NCBI GenBank assembly: GCA_010356995.1
Contig: ML996702.1
Coordinates: 62,001-126,000 of the forward strand
Length of the DNA stretch: 64,000 nt
Source: Trichodelitschia bisporula
Taxonomy: Eukaryota
Reading direction: 5' to 3'
Shown here: positions 45,444-59,029 of the stretch, piece after piece
How the letters are laid out: the number at the start of each line of letters is the position of its first letter
Position numbering within the stretch: the stretch's first letter is position 1
Position numbers and translations under genes: made by a program
The notes under the pieces: generated by a model
The model's input: only the letters and a program-made list of their open reading frames with translations
Told to the model about the DNA's origin: nothing
Database searches by the model: none

Positions 45444-48400
45444 ATGGCGCAACCCAGCAGCACCCGGCTGACCATTTCGCAGCCCAGCACCTTCATGTCT
45501 TTCGTCGTCGGCATCCTCGTTCTCGCCTACCTGTTCACCTTCGTTCTCTTCGCCGTTATCCGCATACTCTGGGGCGTCTCAATCCAGCGCTTATGGTGGT
45601 CGGGCCTCCGGCGCATCTCGTTCACACCTAGGGAGGGACTTCGCGTGGACATACGAGGCCTGAGGCTTTCAATACACCGGCCGACTTTTGCGCAGCCAAC
45701 GTGGGTCAGCGTCGTGGTCACGGAGCTCAAGGTCACGGTCGACTTCAAATCACTGGGCGCGAAACCTGTCAGGGCAAAATCAGGAAGTGGCACACCGGCG
45801 ACCGCGCAATCGCGTCCGACGACGCCTCTGGAGAAAAAAGGCTCGGAAGACGATGAAAGTGGCGGCAACGACCTGTCTGACTTGGATGAAGAAGAAGATG
45901 ACTCGTCGGATTCGGAGCCGCAGAAGAGTAGGACGTGGAAGCGCCTCACGGAGCTTAAGGAGCAGATCAAGCGCCTGCACCGGCAGATACAATGGATACG
46001 CCTGGTGGACTTCATCGCGACGAACACGGCTATTGTCGTGGTGGACGTTGGCTCCCTGCAGGTCGCCAGCTTCACCATGGCCGTCGACACGCGCCGCCGG
46101 ACCGTGGACCGCAGCCGGCTGTTCCAGCACCGTCGTGCCGAGTCGGACGCCTTTCGCCCCGCTGAATGGATCCTGACCGCACGTGGCATTCTTTTCGCCC
46201 TTGATGGGGACGAGGCTAGCGAGATCCTCGACCATGCGACGCTCAACATTCATGGCCTCTTGTCGCAGCGGCTCGAAGGTCTCCGCGATGCTTCCATTGC
46301 TCTCAAGTTTGGTCGTCTCAGTCTGCCATATGACGACCTGTTCAAGTTCCAGGAGCGCATGGACACCCATCGCGCGACGCGTAGCCGGTACAATACCCCC
46401 TCGCACAGCCGCGCTCCCTCCTTCACCGATATTGTCAACGAGCTCGATGAGCCCGGCAGTGCAGAGGAGACCATTGTCCAGGCGGTGTCGGACTCCAAGG
46501 AGTTCATCTCCTCGATTCTGCGCGGTATTCAAGAGGTCCAATTTGCCGTTGGCTTTATCGGCCTCTCGAAGCGCATTCGTTCCGTTCAGAAGGCACCGGT
46601 CTATCTCAACATGTCTATGAAGGAAGTCGGCCTGGATGTCCTGCGGCTCGACCCCAAGGAGCCCGCTCATCTGATGTACTTCTCCCGAACAGACGTGGCG
46701 CACCAGGCCCTCCTCACTGTCATTGCTATTTCCGTCGGCATCGATGACGGCCACGACCATCCCGAGCGACTCTTCTACGTCCCTATGGCAACGGCCACGA
46801 TCAAGTCCACGCTTCCCTCGAAGACCATCCAGTTTACGGGCCAGAAGAACGTCGCCGAGCGCAACACCAACATCCTTTTCGCTAATCTCGTTGTTACGTC
46901 GCCCTCCATTGATATCGAGGCCAAGCATCCGCCATTTATAATCTCCTTGCTTCAAAACGCGCTTAAGCAGCCCAGCAATCCTCCACGCAAAAATGAGAGG
47001 CATCACATCATCTCCCGTCTACTCCCCAAGGCCAGCGTCAAGATTTCAGTGCACGAGCCCGTCATTCGTGCGCGGCTTCCGTGTATGGAGATTGAGCGCC
47101 GCGGAAATGGCGAGTTCGATTTGCTGATCGGCACTCTGTCTTCCATCTCCCTCGATATGGAGTCTTCGCATTCCGGCAGCGGCGATTTGCACTACAGCCT
47201 GTCCAGTAATCTTCGCGTCGCCTCTAACCAGCTCTACTACCAGACGGCCTCGGGCGAAAAGCACAATCTCTTAATCACAGAGAGCCTCGAGCTCAAATTC
47301 CAAATGAACGCATCTCCCGAAGTAGCGGTGGTTGTATCTGGCAATGTGCAAACATTATCAGTGTTCATGGTCCGGCCTGAAATCAGCGAGGGTGTGCGAT
47401 TGATAGTCACACAGTTGCGAAGCGACGTCTTGAATCCGCCTCAGAGTCCGCGACCAGCTGCCCCACAGCCGAGCTTCCTGCGCCGGCTTCCTAGTTGGCT
47501 TCTTCATGTGCAGCTGCAGGGCTCGGACTTCAACTTTGAAGTCGCTGGTAACGATCCGGGCGTCTCACAGCATGCGCGGGGTGCGGCGTTGCACCTCGAG
47601 TCGTGTTCCGCGGAGTACAAGGCCAATAAGCACGAGGAGGCAGTGCCACGTCCGCACAGGCGTCGGGCTGTAAGCAGGTCCATCCATGGCGACGACATAT
47701 TCCTCAAGGCTCCGTCGTCCAGCCCTTCCCGCAAGTCATACGGCGTGGATTCGGATAATCGTCATTTGGCGATTCAGACCAACGGCCTGGAAGCGTTCGT
47801 CATTGAATCTTCGGAGAACTGGGAGCCGGAGTCGTTTCTGTCTCTCCCGCGCTTCGAGATTGGCTTTAGTACGGCGAGTGACCAGCAGGGCCAATGCCTC
47901 AATGTCAATGCCAACGCAAAGGCGCTGTACGTCCAGTATTCGCTGTACCGTCACTATGCTCTCGGCGTTGCAACTATGGTGCTGCGCAAGACTTTCTCTA
48001 GGCCGCACTCCGACTCCTACGCCCCCGAGCCGAGAGCAAGCCTCTCTCCCACACGTAGCGATTTTGGCTCGCCCCCGCGCACCCCCTCCGTTCGGCCCGA
48101 GATTGTCAACTTCGATTTCCGTGCGGGCCTCGTCCAGATCAAGGCCACCATGCCTGCGGATCCCCCGCTGATGATTCAGGTCTTCAGCGTCGAAGCTGGG
48201 CGCCACCGCTGGGCTATCCCGTACGCCAAAGCGCGTCTTGTCCGGCTGTATGCGGAGAGCCCGCATGTGAGACGTGTCTGGGCAAGGATAATCAGCATCA
48301 GGGGCTTACGTGTGGACTATCGCTTGTCGCGCCGGAAGTATGGTACTGGATATGTGGAAGATCGGTCGCTTGACATAGTCGCTGAGGCGATCCGGGTCGC

Positions 48401-51400
48401 GGTTCCGCATCAGCTTGTTGTCCACAAAATCTTTGACAACTTGACTAATGTGGCTAAGACAGTTGAACAGCTGCACCATCGGTTCAGGACTGAGACGGAC
48501 GAGTACATTCTTGAAAAGAAGCCCCAAGGGCCCAAAAAAGTCCCGAAGATATCGCTCCGCACTCAGGCCTTCTTGTTTGAAATCGAGGACAGTCCGTTTG
48601 AGTGGAAGTTCGGCCTCATTTACCTCCAAGGGCTTCAGGAACAGCGCCAGAGACTTGCGCGCGATGAAGCATTCCAACTGAAGGTTAGGGCGATTGAGGA
48701 GGCGGATGTGCGGAGAGGATCGTCGCGCTTCCGGGCCAAGTCTTCGCACACCCACCATGGCCGCGGACGCCACCACAGGAGGAAGATGTCTGAGGGCGCT
48801 GAAACCACAAACCGCAGCAAGAGCGTAGACCCGCCGCGGCGCTCTCAGAGCGCCGCCCGTAGCACTACCGGCAAGCTGCGCTACGATGCCGAAGGCACCG
48901 CCGGTTTGAGCGACAAGGCGAGGACTAGCATTGAGGATGCGAAGGAGAAGCTGGATAAGTTCAACGCGCAGAGCTGGAAGAAACGCATAAACACGGCGTA
49001 CAAGTTCCAAAAGACCGGGATGCAGGACCTGCGTTCCACCGTTTGGGGCCTCGATGAGACCCCGGACGACGTGGAGCATACTGAAACTATACTCGGTATT
49101 CCTGAGCGCTCAGCGCTCATGTCGATTCTCGTCAATGATCTGAATATCCTCATCGACAAGCCGTCGTTCCCGCTTCATGAGTACCCCAGCTTCCTTCACA
49201 AAATGGGGAAAGGCATACCGTTCGACATGGAATACTCACTGCTCATCCCCATGAGTCTCAATGTCGGCATGGGCGAAGCTCGCATGACACTCCGAGACTA
49301 TCCCCTACCTTTGATGCACTTCCCGCCCCTTCGATCTGGGCAGTCACCTCGGATGCCAGCTGTATCCGCCAGGACCGACTTCGTCATCGCCGAAGAGTTC
49401 CGACACGCTGAATCCATCCGCCACGTCACAGTCGGTGTCGTACCTCCCGAGCGGCTCCCTGGCGGTGATCTCGGCAAGGGGCTTATCATTGACGTGCGTC
49501 GGACCGTGTCTGCAGTCAAGACGTACTCCAATATCGCCGTTGAGGTCAACACCAGCAATCCGACGCGCATCACGTGGGGCACCTCGTATCAGCCCGCCAT
49601 CCAAGATATGATGCAAGTGGTTGAGAACTTCACGAAGCCGCCTGTGGACCCGTCGGAGCGTGTGGGCTTCTGGGACAAGATTCGTCTAACCTTTCACTCG
49701 GCCATCAATGTTATATGGAAGGGTGACGGCGACGTGCATCTCATACTTAAGGGCTCGCGCGATCCGTATCATGTTACCGACAGCGGAGCGGGCTTCGTCA
49801 TGTGCTGGCGCGGAGACGTCAAGTGGGGGATTGCCCAGAGCTTAGATCCGAAGAAGTTCATGACGGTCGACAGCAACGAGTATGTCCTCGCCATCCCGAA
49901 CCTGGCCCGGTACGCCCGACGGTCGCTGGAGGGCGATGATTCAGACAACAGCAGTATCTCAAGCACCGCGAGCTACGAGCAGGGTGGCCGGTTCAAGAAG
50001 ACAGTGATGAAGCTTTCGGGTAATGTGCGCTGGATTGCTGGTCTCGTGTTTGAGCGAAACGTGCATACCGGTGGCCGTTCGTTCCAGTTCCGTCCGCACT
50101 ACGAGGTTGCGCTCAAGAACCCAGAGTTTGCCAGACCCGGCGAAGATGGACAGCCGTACGATGCATACCAGGGCTTCCGCAGCCACTACATTCACTTGTC
50201 CGTTGGAATCTCCGCGCCGAGCGACAAGGACTGGACCGTGACGAACATCAAGCCGTCGAAGAACTACAACAGTGTGCACCTTACGCCCCGATTCTTCAGT
50301 CACTTCTTCAGCTGGTGGTCCATGTTCTCCGGAAGCATGTCTCTGCCCATTCGCCAGGGGAAGCTGTTCCCGGGAGTCGAAAAGTCAAGCAAAAAATTTG
50401 GGCGTCACCTTGCTACAATCAAGTACAGCCTCTTGCTTTCACCACTGTACCTGGCACATATCTACAAGCACCAGGATCTGCGAGAGGTTGGCATCTCGGA
50501 TGTATCTGCCACCGGGCTCAAGGTCAAGCTCGACAGCTTCATGCTAGACCTTCATCAGCGGCGCGAAGAGTTCCGGACGCAGGTTCAAGGAAAGCAAACT
50601 GTCACCAGCGCCATGCGAATCAACCAAGCCCAGCTCGACTTCGTGTCAGCCGACGTGCGCGCCGTCTCGGCCAAGATCGCATCTACAACAGCGCACGATG
50701 TCGACGAGGCCTCGGAGGACATGCTAGCCGCCTTCGAACAGGCCGTCCCGAAAGCCGATCTCTCACGCTTTATCATACCCGACCGCGACACCGACTGGGT
50801 CGACATGGATGATTTTGTGGAAATCGACTGGATTCTGCCCGGAGAACCGAATGCAGAAACTAAGATCCTGCCGCTGGCATATGCGCCGCGCTTCACTTAC
50901 TTCCGTAATACCGATCACCATAGCATTATCGCGCGTGACCCGAGCCGCTCCAGCCCGTTCGGCAACGAGGATACACACTACTGCGTCATGTCTGCGCGCA
51001 ATGATCCGCACCGCGTTCAGTGTGATTTGATTCAGGAGCGCCTGGACCGTATAGCTGAGCAGCTGGCGAAGAACAGGCGCAACATTGGTGAACAAGAGCT
51101 CAATGTGATCCGCGATGCTACGGGGCGGCAAGAGGAGCTCAAAAGCCGGCTGGAGGCGTGGCAGACACACAATGACCTGCTCACCAAGAAGCAGAAGTTC
51201 TTGCAGGCCATCCACAAGGTTTTGCTGAGTCGACTTGGGGATGATGCTCAGCCGCTGAACGAGGCTGATCAAGAGACGGATGCTTACTTCGAGGCGAAGG
51301 AAGACTACGATCCTACGGATCCCGAGTTGCTGGGCATGGATTCTGCGCCGCTCTCCGACGATATCAGCGACTTCAACAACCGCTTCATTGTGCACAATAT

Positions 51401-54358
51401 GCAGCTGAAGTGGAACAACTCGCTCCGAGACATCATCATTCGCTACGTTCACCAGGTCAGCCAGCGGCGGGGCTTCGTCTACTACATGTCCCGGCGTGCC
51501 GTTAAGTTCATCCTCGACATCGTCGAGGAGCAGCGGAAGGCCCAGGGTGAGGAGAAAACCGACGCCGCAGCCGCCCGCACCGCGGACGAGGCCTCGAGCC
51601 CCACGGCAAAGCAACCCCCGCAAGATGACGACGATGTGGTCCAAGGCCGTATCGAGCAGCTGCTGGGTGATGCGAAGCGCTTCGTATCTGCCGATGAAGC
51701 GGAGAAGCCGAATGCTTCCGCGGTTTCTGGAAGCCTGGCAGACGAGGATATTTCGCGGGACTATGTCTCGCAGAAAGCCTATCACGTCCGCCTCATTGCG
51801 CCGCAAATACAGCTGCAGAGTGAGAAGAATACGAAGTCTGCTGTGCTTGTCACGTCCAAGGGCATGCAACTCAAGGTGTTCCAAATTATGGACAAGGACC
51901 GGGTTACGGATGAAGTCAGCGGTCTGGTGCAGCATCGGTTTACCGCCGCCATGGACAGCGTCCAGATCTTCGTCACGAGCTCGCAGACTTTCTCCAAGGA
52001 GTTCCTCGACATGTACTCGGCCAACCGGTACGGCGCGCGCTACAACTCGTCCTGGCCGCCGTGGGTGCCGCTGGAGGTCATGTTCGACTTCAACATCGAT
52101 CCTTACGGCTTCTCGCGTGTTGTGGAGCGTACGTCGATGAGCATGCGGCTGGACAAGTACAACACCCTGCGCCTCAAGTACACAGACGACCTAACAAGTG
52201 GGAAAGACGGGCAGCTTGCTACGGATGGGTCGGAGAGTCAGATTGATCACCTCTGGGTCAATTTCCCGAAGCTGCATGCCGTTTGCAATTCTGTGCAGTA
52301 CTACGCGCTCTATATCATTGTTCTGGACCTTCTACTCTACAATGAGCCGTTTGAGAAGACGCGCAGCGAGCGCTTGGAGAAGATTATGCTCGCATCGGAC
52401 TTCAGCGATCTCAGTGGTGCGCCGGAGATGGTCAACAGGCTACAGGAGAAGATCCGCACGTTGCAGGAGATCAAGATGCTGTTCCAGATCAATGAGCGCT
52501 CACTCACGCGGCAGCAATGGAAGGATCGGATTATGCTCGAGGACGATCTTGCGCAGTACGAAGACCAACTCTTCTTCATCATGAAGGCTATCACCACATC
52601 GCAGCGGCGATATGACGAGCGGGCACCGACAAACCAGTCCGCTGGGCTGTTGCACTGGGAGATTGCAGCCAAGGAACTTGTATGGCATCTTGTCCGCGGC
52701 GAGAAAGAGTCGCTTGTTGAACTGCAGCTCAAAGACACGTTGTATAACCGCACGGACAACAACGATGGCTCGAACAACAACTCCATGGAAATAGGCAACA
52801 TCACCGGCTACAACCTTTTGCCCGATGCGGTGTACCCCGTCATAATCGCGCCGTTCACTGACGACAAGACGACGGCTTCCGAAGGCGAAAATCGCAAGAT
52901 GCTGAGTATCCACTGGTACATGCTGGAGGCAATTGCCGGCATACCGGTCATGGAGCGCTTTGAAGTCAATATCGTCCCGCTGAAGATTCAGCTTGAGCGC
53001 GAAGTCGGCCAGAAGGTGTTCGAGTACATATTCCCAGGCATCACCGGTGATGGCGGCGAGGGCCCCGACTTCTCTCCCTTCATTGTTAAGCACATGCTCC
53101 CGACGCACCAGGAGGCGGACGAGGAGAGCCCTGATACCTCCGAGGATATCACACCCAATGGCTCCGAGATAATGCTCGCGACCGATGAGATGAAGGGTGT
53201 CGGCGACCTCTCCCTGCGCCTGCAGCCCACGCTCACGTTGCCCGACAACAAGCGGCCCGGGCCGTTCCCTGGGAAGACAAAGCCTCTCAGCAGCCACCAC
53301 GATCTGCTGCGCCTGCGGCATTTGTCCAAGGATACGTCGAGCGATCTGCGGCGCTTCACGGTACGTCGCAAAGACACAGATTCCATATCATTGTTTTCGC
53401 GGCCGGGCACGACGCGCAGCTCAACCATGATGTCGGACACGACAGAGAAGGACACGGCGTTTGGCAAGAAGCTACTTCATCGATCTAACAGCGCACTTGC
53501 GAAGGGCGGCAAGGCCCAAGGGCGCAACGACGATATTGCCGAGATGCTAAGCCGGGCGAACAAGTACATGACCCTGGCGTACGTAAAGATCCCAAGCATG
53601 GTCCTCTGCCTCAGTTTCAAGGGCAAGGGCAACCGGAACATCATCACCGACGTGCACGACCTCGTCTTCCGCATGCCAACGCTGGAGTACCGGAACAAAA
53701 CCTGGTCTAACCTCGACCTCGTCATGCAGCTGAAGAAGGAAGTCATGCGCGCGCTGCTCAGCCACACCGGCGCCATTCTCGGGAACAAATTCCACACCCG
53801 CCCCTCCAAGCAACAGCAATCCAAGCTCCGCGAACTCGCCTCGAGCAGCATCATGCTCGGCGCACCCTCCGACCTCTGGGGCCCCAGCGAAGCGCCCTCC
53901 CTCCACAGCTCCACCGTCGCAGATATGTCCTCCGAGGCGCAGTCCACTTCCGAGCCGCGCCAGAGCTTCGGCTCCGGCCGCGACTCCGAGTACACCCAGT
54001 ACCCCGAGAGCATGACCAGCAGCATGTCGCACGGTGAGCGGGCGCGGCCGCGGACGAGCTCTGGCGCCGCTGCCGGCCTCGGCGTCAGCCACAGCCACAG
54101 CCCCAGCCCCGGCCCGGCGGCGCGCAAGGATACGGATTCGACGCTGGTGCCTGCGAGCCCGGCGCCGAGTGAGGCGAGTGATGGGCGCAGGAGTGCGCTT
54201 TCCCAGCGACTTGCGGGCTTTGGGCAGAAGGCGTTGCGGCATGGGGGGGATGATGGGGATAGGTATGGCTCTGAGCGGGCGAGGTGGTGGCAGCGCTAAT
54301 GGGGTACAGGAGGCGGAGTCGGATTCCGTTGCCGAAGTTTTTGAATGGTGGGGCGTGA
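45444..54358 (+). CDS. FMP27: Bridge-like lipid transfer protein Fmp27/Hobbit (BLTP2, SABRE/KIP family), ~2950 aa
   Basis: N-terminal TM anchor; FEIEDSPFEWK, LRDYPLPL, GFWDKIRL, KGSRDPY, IAPQIQLQSE, WPPWVPLE; C-terminal SFKGKG...DLVFRMPTLEYRNKTWSNLDL. Probable last intron 54263-54309 (unspliced stop at 54299). Confidence 0.93.
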
Positions 54359-54867
54359 GCGAGTGGGAGCTGAGAGATGGTGATGTCGCTGTTGGGGAGG
54401 GGTGATGGGGGTCGGGATGTGTTCGCTCATTTGGGCTTTCCTTAATTATGTATCATAGATGGCCGCATGGGGTTGGTGTTCGGTTTCTAGCGGGTTGCAT
54501 GGTGGATTGGGCTGGATGGCGGTTTCTTGGGCTGTCGTTCGCTTTTTGTGTGTTCGCATGGCGGACATGAGCTGTGTTACTATGTTTTTGGGGGTTAGAC
54601 GGGTAGTGTGAGCGTTTCAGCGCGGCTTGTGAATCGATGCGTGGTGTACATCGTGTCTAGAACTATACCGGGGCAAAGGGATGTGTCACTGTATGCGGGT
54701 TACTTGTGTTGATACTAGAACTGCGCTGTCTTGCTGGCACGTTTTGAAGTCGTGTCAATAGAATGCAGGTTTCCTCGAAGCCGTCGATGAATACTATATA
54801 TCCCGCACTACCCCTTGATTCCAAGCAAGTCATGCTCCTCACAGTTTCCCACTACCATCACCACCCC

Positions 54868-55224
54868 TCACTCCTCAGCCTTGACATCAATCTTATTTTT
54901 ATCTACCCATCAATCAGCCCTCCGTCACACCAGCAAATACACTCACCACAACTCACAAAAAGCAACCCAACCCCTCAGCGGCTTCGCCCTCTCCGTAATA
55001 ACCTCCGGATAATACCACGCCGCATCCTCCCTTACCGCGTCCCCCACCGCAACGGTGTAGTAGCTCGCATCGCCCTTCCACGGGCAGTGCGTGTGCGTGT
55101 CCGTCTTGGTGTAGAATTCGGACTTGAGCGCCGAGGGGGGGAAGTACACGTTGCCTTCGACGACCTGGTAGGTGTCGGTTGAGGCGATGGTTTGGCCGTT
55201 TAGTGAGGCGGTGGCGTGCGGCAT
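54868..55224 (-). CDS. DUF427 (NTP_transf_9) domain protein
   Basis: VEGNVYFPP, THCPWKGDASYY, AAWYYP, GWVAF|YKNKIDV; intron 54956-54903. Confidence 0.9.
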
Positions 55225-55806
55225 TGTTTGGCTGTTTGGCTGTTTGATGGGGGGGGGGGGGGGGTCGGGGGCTGGGTTGGTGATGGGGTTGCGGGGATGG
55301 ATGCGGGGATTATATATGTGATGGATGCATCCTGGATGATGACGCAGCTGATTGTTTGTAAACGGCGGACATTTGTCATCGTGACCAGTGGGAGCATGCC
55401 GGAGTCGTATTCGCTATGGCACACAACAACTTTGATCTACGGTACTGCACCATTGGGCTCGAATCGGCGCAAGTGAAGACTTGTTCCTTGGGGTGTTTGG
55501 CAAAGTGGGCACTTGACCATTTAGTTCTAGTTTAGTGCTTGGGATATTCCCAATCGAGATATTGACCATGGAACCGCTGAACTATTAGCATGGGCTACGT
55601 CCCTCTTCTTTCAGAACTCTGCTTCGGTGCCCTGATTCAGCATAATGGTGCATAGCTTTCATACGTGCTATGCCAACGAAAGGACGAAGCGAGACAGGTG
55701 AGCAGCGGAGCCGCTTAACACTAAATACAATATCAAATGTTTGCCATGTATCCTCCTCCTTCTATGCCCCTTCCTTCAGTGGGAATGTTTCTACCCCGTG
55801 CTTTCG

Positions 55807-56682
55807 TCAGAGAACTGAGTCTAACACTCCCCAAACACGCTGAACGGCGAGCAGCCTCCCTTCGCCCGTCGCGAGGTTCATAGGTTCCGCTTCCCTTATC
55901 TCAACCTTTGGCGCATCTTGCGGGGGAGTGGAGGGCACCTCCACCCACTGAAGGTACTCAGAGTTGAAGTGGAAAGAAATGATCCTCGTCGACATTTGCC
56001 GCATGATAATCAAGAAAATCCGTAGCCTCTTTTGGCTCAAAGGTAGACCATCGGCCAATTTAACACGGCTTTGGACGCACGCCAGTGCCTCGCCGAAGAT
56101 TTGTGGTAGGCATGCCGACCCTAAATCGGTTCCCTTCCACTTAATGAGGATGAGATGGTAATCGAACGATCCACGCGTCGCCCTCCCGCCGGATCTAGCC
56201 AAGCTGTATATCCCGCCATCCGTATGGAATTCCACTTTCACTTGTCCGAAGCTGATGTGGTGGCGGGTAGCGTCCAGAAAGTATATCAGCGGCGGTGCCA
56301 GCCCCTTCTCCTCGTTGTAGCTGGCAAGAACGACTGCGAGGAACATACCCATTAATACCATTGTTGAACGTTCGAACATTTTCATCCGCTTGACGAAGGA
56401 TGGCTCCCTCGTCGAGGCGTCCGGCTCACGAAGCAGAATTGGCTGTAGCGCACCGTAAAACCACCAGGCGTCTATGCGGTGATCCGCAAGCTTATCCCTC
56501 ATTTCCAAGGTCGAATGGCTTACGACATCACCTTCGGTGAAGAGTTTAGTCCAGCTAGTATGACTTTCCGGAATCGTCGGAATGGGTTCTTCCCATCCGG
56601 AACGCTGGTGCTCTGTTTGCTTTGACGATGACACCAGCAAGCCACGGTCTAGAACGCTTTTCACTAAGCTGTCATCGGACAT
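55807..56682 (-). CDS. Orphan ORF (~291 aa), possibly a degenerate PD-(D/E)xK restriction-endonuclease-like domain
   Basis: Uninterrupted ORF with globular composition from MSDDSLVK; motif string GSFDYHLILIKWK...LPQIFGEALAC. Confidence 0.6.
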   Translation of the reverse strand: MSDDSLVKSVLDRGLLVSSSKQTEHQRSGWEEPIPTIPESHTSWTKLFTEGDVVSHSTLEMRDKLADHRIDAWWFYGALQPILLREPDASTREPSFVKRMKMFERSTMVLMGMFLAVVLASYNEEKGLAPPLIYFLDATRHHISFGQVKVEFHTDGGIYSLARSGGRATRGSFDYHLILIKWKGTDLGSACLPQIFGEALACVQSRVKLADGLPLSQKRLRIFLIIMRQMSTRIISFHFNSEYLQWVEVPSTPPQDAPKVEIREAEPMNLATGEGRLLAVQRVWGVLDSVL

Positions 56683-57147
56683 GGTAGCTGATGGAGGCGA
56701 GGGCTTGACAGGTGCAAACCGAGTGAGGTGAAGGGGCGATAAAAGGCGAGATAGAAACGCGTATCGAGAGTCGGGGTATAAACGTGTCGAGAAGCGATGA
56801 AGAAGTGAGTGTCGAGAGACGCTCAAGATTAAATACACGATGCGGCAAGCGTCCTCCAATGTGCCTGCCTTCTGTCGTGCGCCTTCCATCGGCATGTTCC
56901 TTCCCCAGAGTGATATGCTCCTTCCAACGGTAAGTATGACTCCTTAGTGCGATGTCAACACTTCACAACAAAATCAACTCCGCTTCCACAAGTTCTCCAA
57001 TTTCAACACCACCCCACCCTCACCTTCAATTGCTTTCCCCCAAAACACCCAATCTCCTCTACAACTTCAGCCTTCAGGTCTGCTATCTCCAAGTCTGCTG
57101 CCAAATCTCACAACAATCAGCAAGCCTCACAATCCAGAAAGTCAGCC

Positions 57148-57330
57148 ATGTTGTCCATCAAGATTATCGTACTCGCGCTCGGCACCGTCGCTCTCGCAGG
57201 TCCTGTTCCGTATAACATCGCCTGGCGTCCCGCGTTCTGCGTTGCTGGCTACTCCGGCACCGGCAAAACTGCCGTCGATACTGCTCTTGGAAGGAGTATA
57301 CTTCACCAGGGGAAGTCGCTGGGGAGATAA
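57148..57330 (+). CDS. Putative small secreted peptide (60 aa)
   Basis: GCC-ATG context after a C/A-rich leader; signal-peptide-like MLSIKIIVLALGTVALA followed by GPVP; a related copy lies about 400 bp downstream. Confidence 0.5.
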   Translation: MLSIKIIVLALGTVALAGPVPYNIAWRPAFCVAGYSGTGKTAVDTALGRSILHQGKSLGR

Positions 57331-57544
57331 TGGAACCTTCGAGTTTACGGTCAACAGTATACTGAGCTATGAGCGGCAGTACTTCCCAAAGCATCAACTC
57401 TGCTTCCTCATGTTCTTCAAACTTGATGCTTTCGAACACTTCCCCCTAGCATCCCTCGTCCTATACAATTTCGGGTCGGCTACCCCAAGTCCGCTGTCAA
57501 ATCTCACTTACAGTCATCTAGTTACACACCCTCAAACGGCCATC

Positions 57545-57688
57545 GTGTGGTCTATCAAAGTCATCACCATCACCATCCTGATGCTCTGCACCGTCGCTCT
57601 CGCGGGACCCGCCAGCACCCACGGGGGTACCACCTGGTGCACCGTTGACCGCTCGAGCCCCGGCAGCACTGACAATTATGCCACGTAA
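57545..57688 (+). pseudogene. Paralogous copy of the 57148 peptide with GTG in place of ATG
   Basis: VWSIKVITITILMLCTVALAGP aligns with MLSIKII--VLALGTVALAGP; both copies contain the 16-mer GCACCGTCGCTCTCGC. Confidence 0.45.
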
Positions 57689-58320
57689 TATTGCGTTCAC
57701 AATCTTCACGCCAGTCCTGGCTGGAAATACACTGATATGCTGATGACTGTCCTCGTCATCCGGCTCATTCGGTTCCGGCTCTAGGAATGCTCTCTCTTGA
57801 ATGCGGCTTTCTAACCGAGACGTTGGACTTCGGCTGAGCGGAGCGGAATTTCTTTAGGATAGCCCATCTGGACATCAGGTACGGCCTAACGCACGGCCGC
57901 ACAAAATATGGCAGATAATGAAATCTCAAATGCAAAGCGGCACAAGTAAAGTATATCCCAACGGAATAGCTTATGAAATCTTTGAGTTCATATCGGGGTG
58001 CGGTCTCGCGGTCCATGTGTTTAAGATTTGACATCCAAGGGCACGTCCTCCGCACAATGGAGTATGGGGCCGGTCATGCTTTCGAGTAGCCATCCACGTT
58101 ATCCAATCATGACAAGATGTAAGAGACCTTGGGAGAGAATATCTGATGGACATTACTACTAAGATACCAAGTAACAACGGTCAGCGAGATAGTTTCAGAT
58201 CGGTCGATGATTTGGCAAGGCAGCCCATTCGCATCTCTGAGTCGCGGAGGACACGCCAAACCACTCGTATTATCCGGATCAACCCCATCACCGACCACCT
58301 CAACCACCGCAACAACCTCC

Positions 58321-59029
58321 CTACCCACAACAAACAGTAGTCTCCTCTCCCGGACCCGCCAAGCTGACAGCCTCCCACCCAAACACAAAGAATCCCAGAT
58401 ACGCCCCGATAAAGATGCAAATGATGATGTACCCATTGTAATACATCGCCAACCTATCCCATTAGCCTCGCCCTCAAGTACCACAGATGTAGGAGAACTC
58501 ACAGCATAACAAAATACGCCACCGCAAACTGCAACATATGCAGCAGCGCCCGAATTGCCTGCTGCCCCACCGTCGGCCTTCCCACCACCCTTACTGGGCC
58601 TCCCGTCTTCGACCCCGAACTCCCCTCCGACGACGCCGCATCCCGCCCCGCCTGCGCAGCCCGATACCCGCGCACAAGTACGCGGTCATATTCCTTGCCC
58701 GCGCGGCGCAACAGCTCGAGCACCATGACTAGGAGAATGACGCCGATGCACGAGCCTGCGAACATGCCGCGCGACTTGATGTGCCAGCTGCTTGAGAGGA
58801 AGCACGTGTCGAGCACGTTCCAGTTCCAGAGCATCTGGAGAGGGGAGGGTTAGCTAGGTTAGACAAGGTAGGATGGAAGAAAGCGCACTGAGATCTTGCA
58901 CGCGCCCGGCCCGCCCATGTCCATGTGCATGCCTGTCGCAGAAGCCGACGCCGCGGCTGCCGTGGCGGTGCCGGTGGCCGAGGACATGGCCATGGTCATT
59001 GAGGTCATGGACATCGACATAGAATCCAT
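58321..59029 (-). CDS. Ctr-family high-affinity copper transporter (Ctr3/Ctr4/CtrC-like), 3 exons
   Basis: Met-rich N-terminus MDSMSMSMTSMTMAM..MHMDM; CKIS|MLWNW..CFLSSSWHI; LELLRR; YFVML|LAMYYNGY (MxxxM); GAYLG (GxxxG); C-terminal CCG*. Confidence 0.95.
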
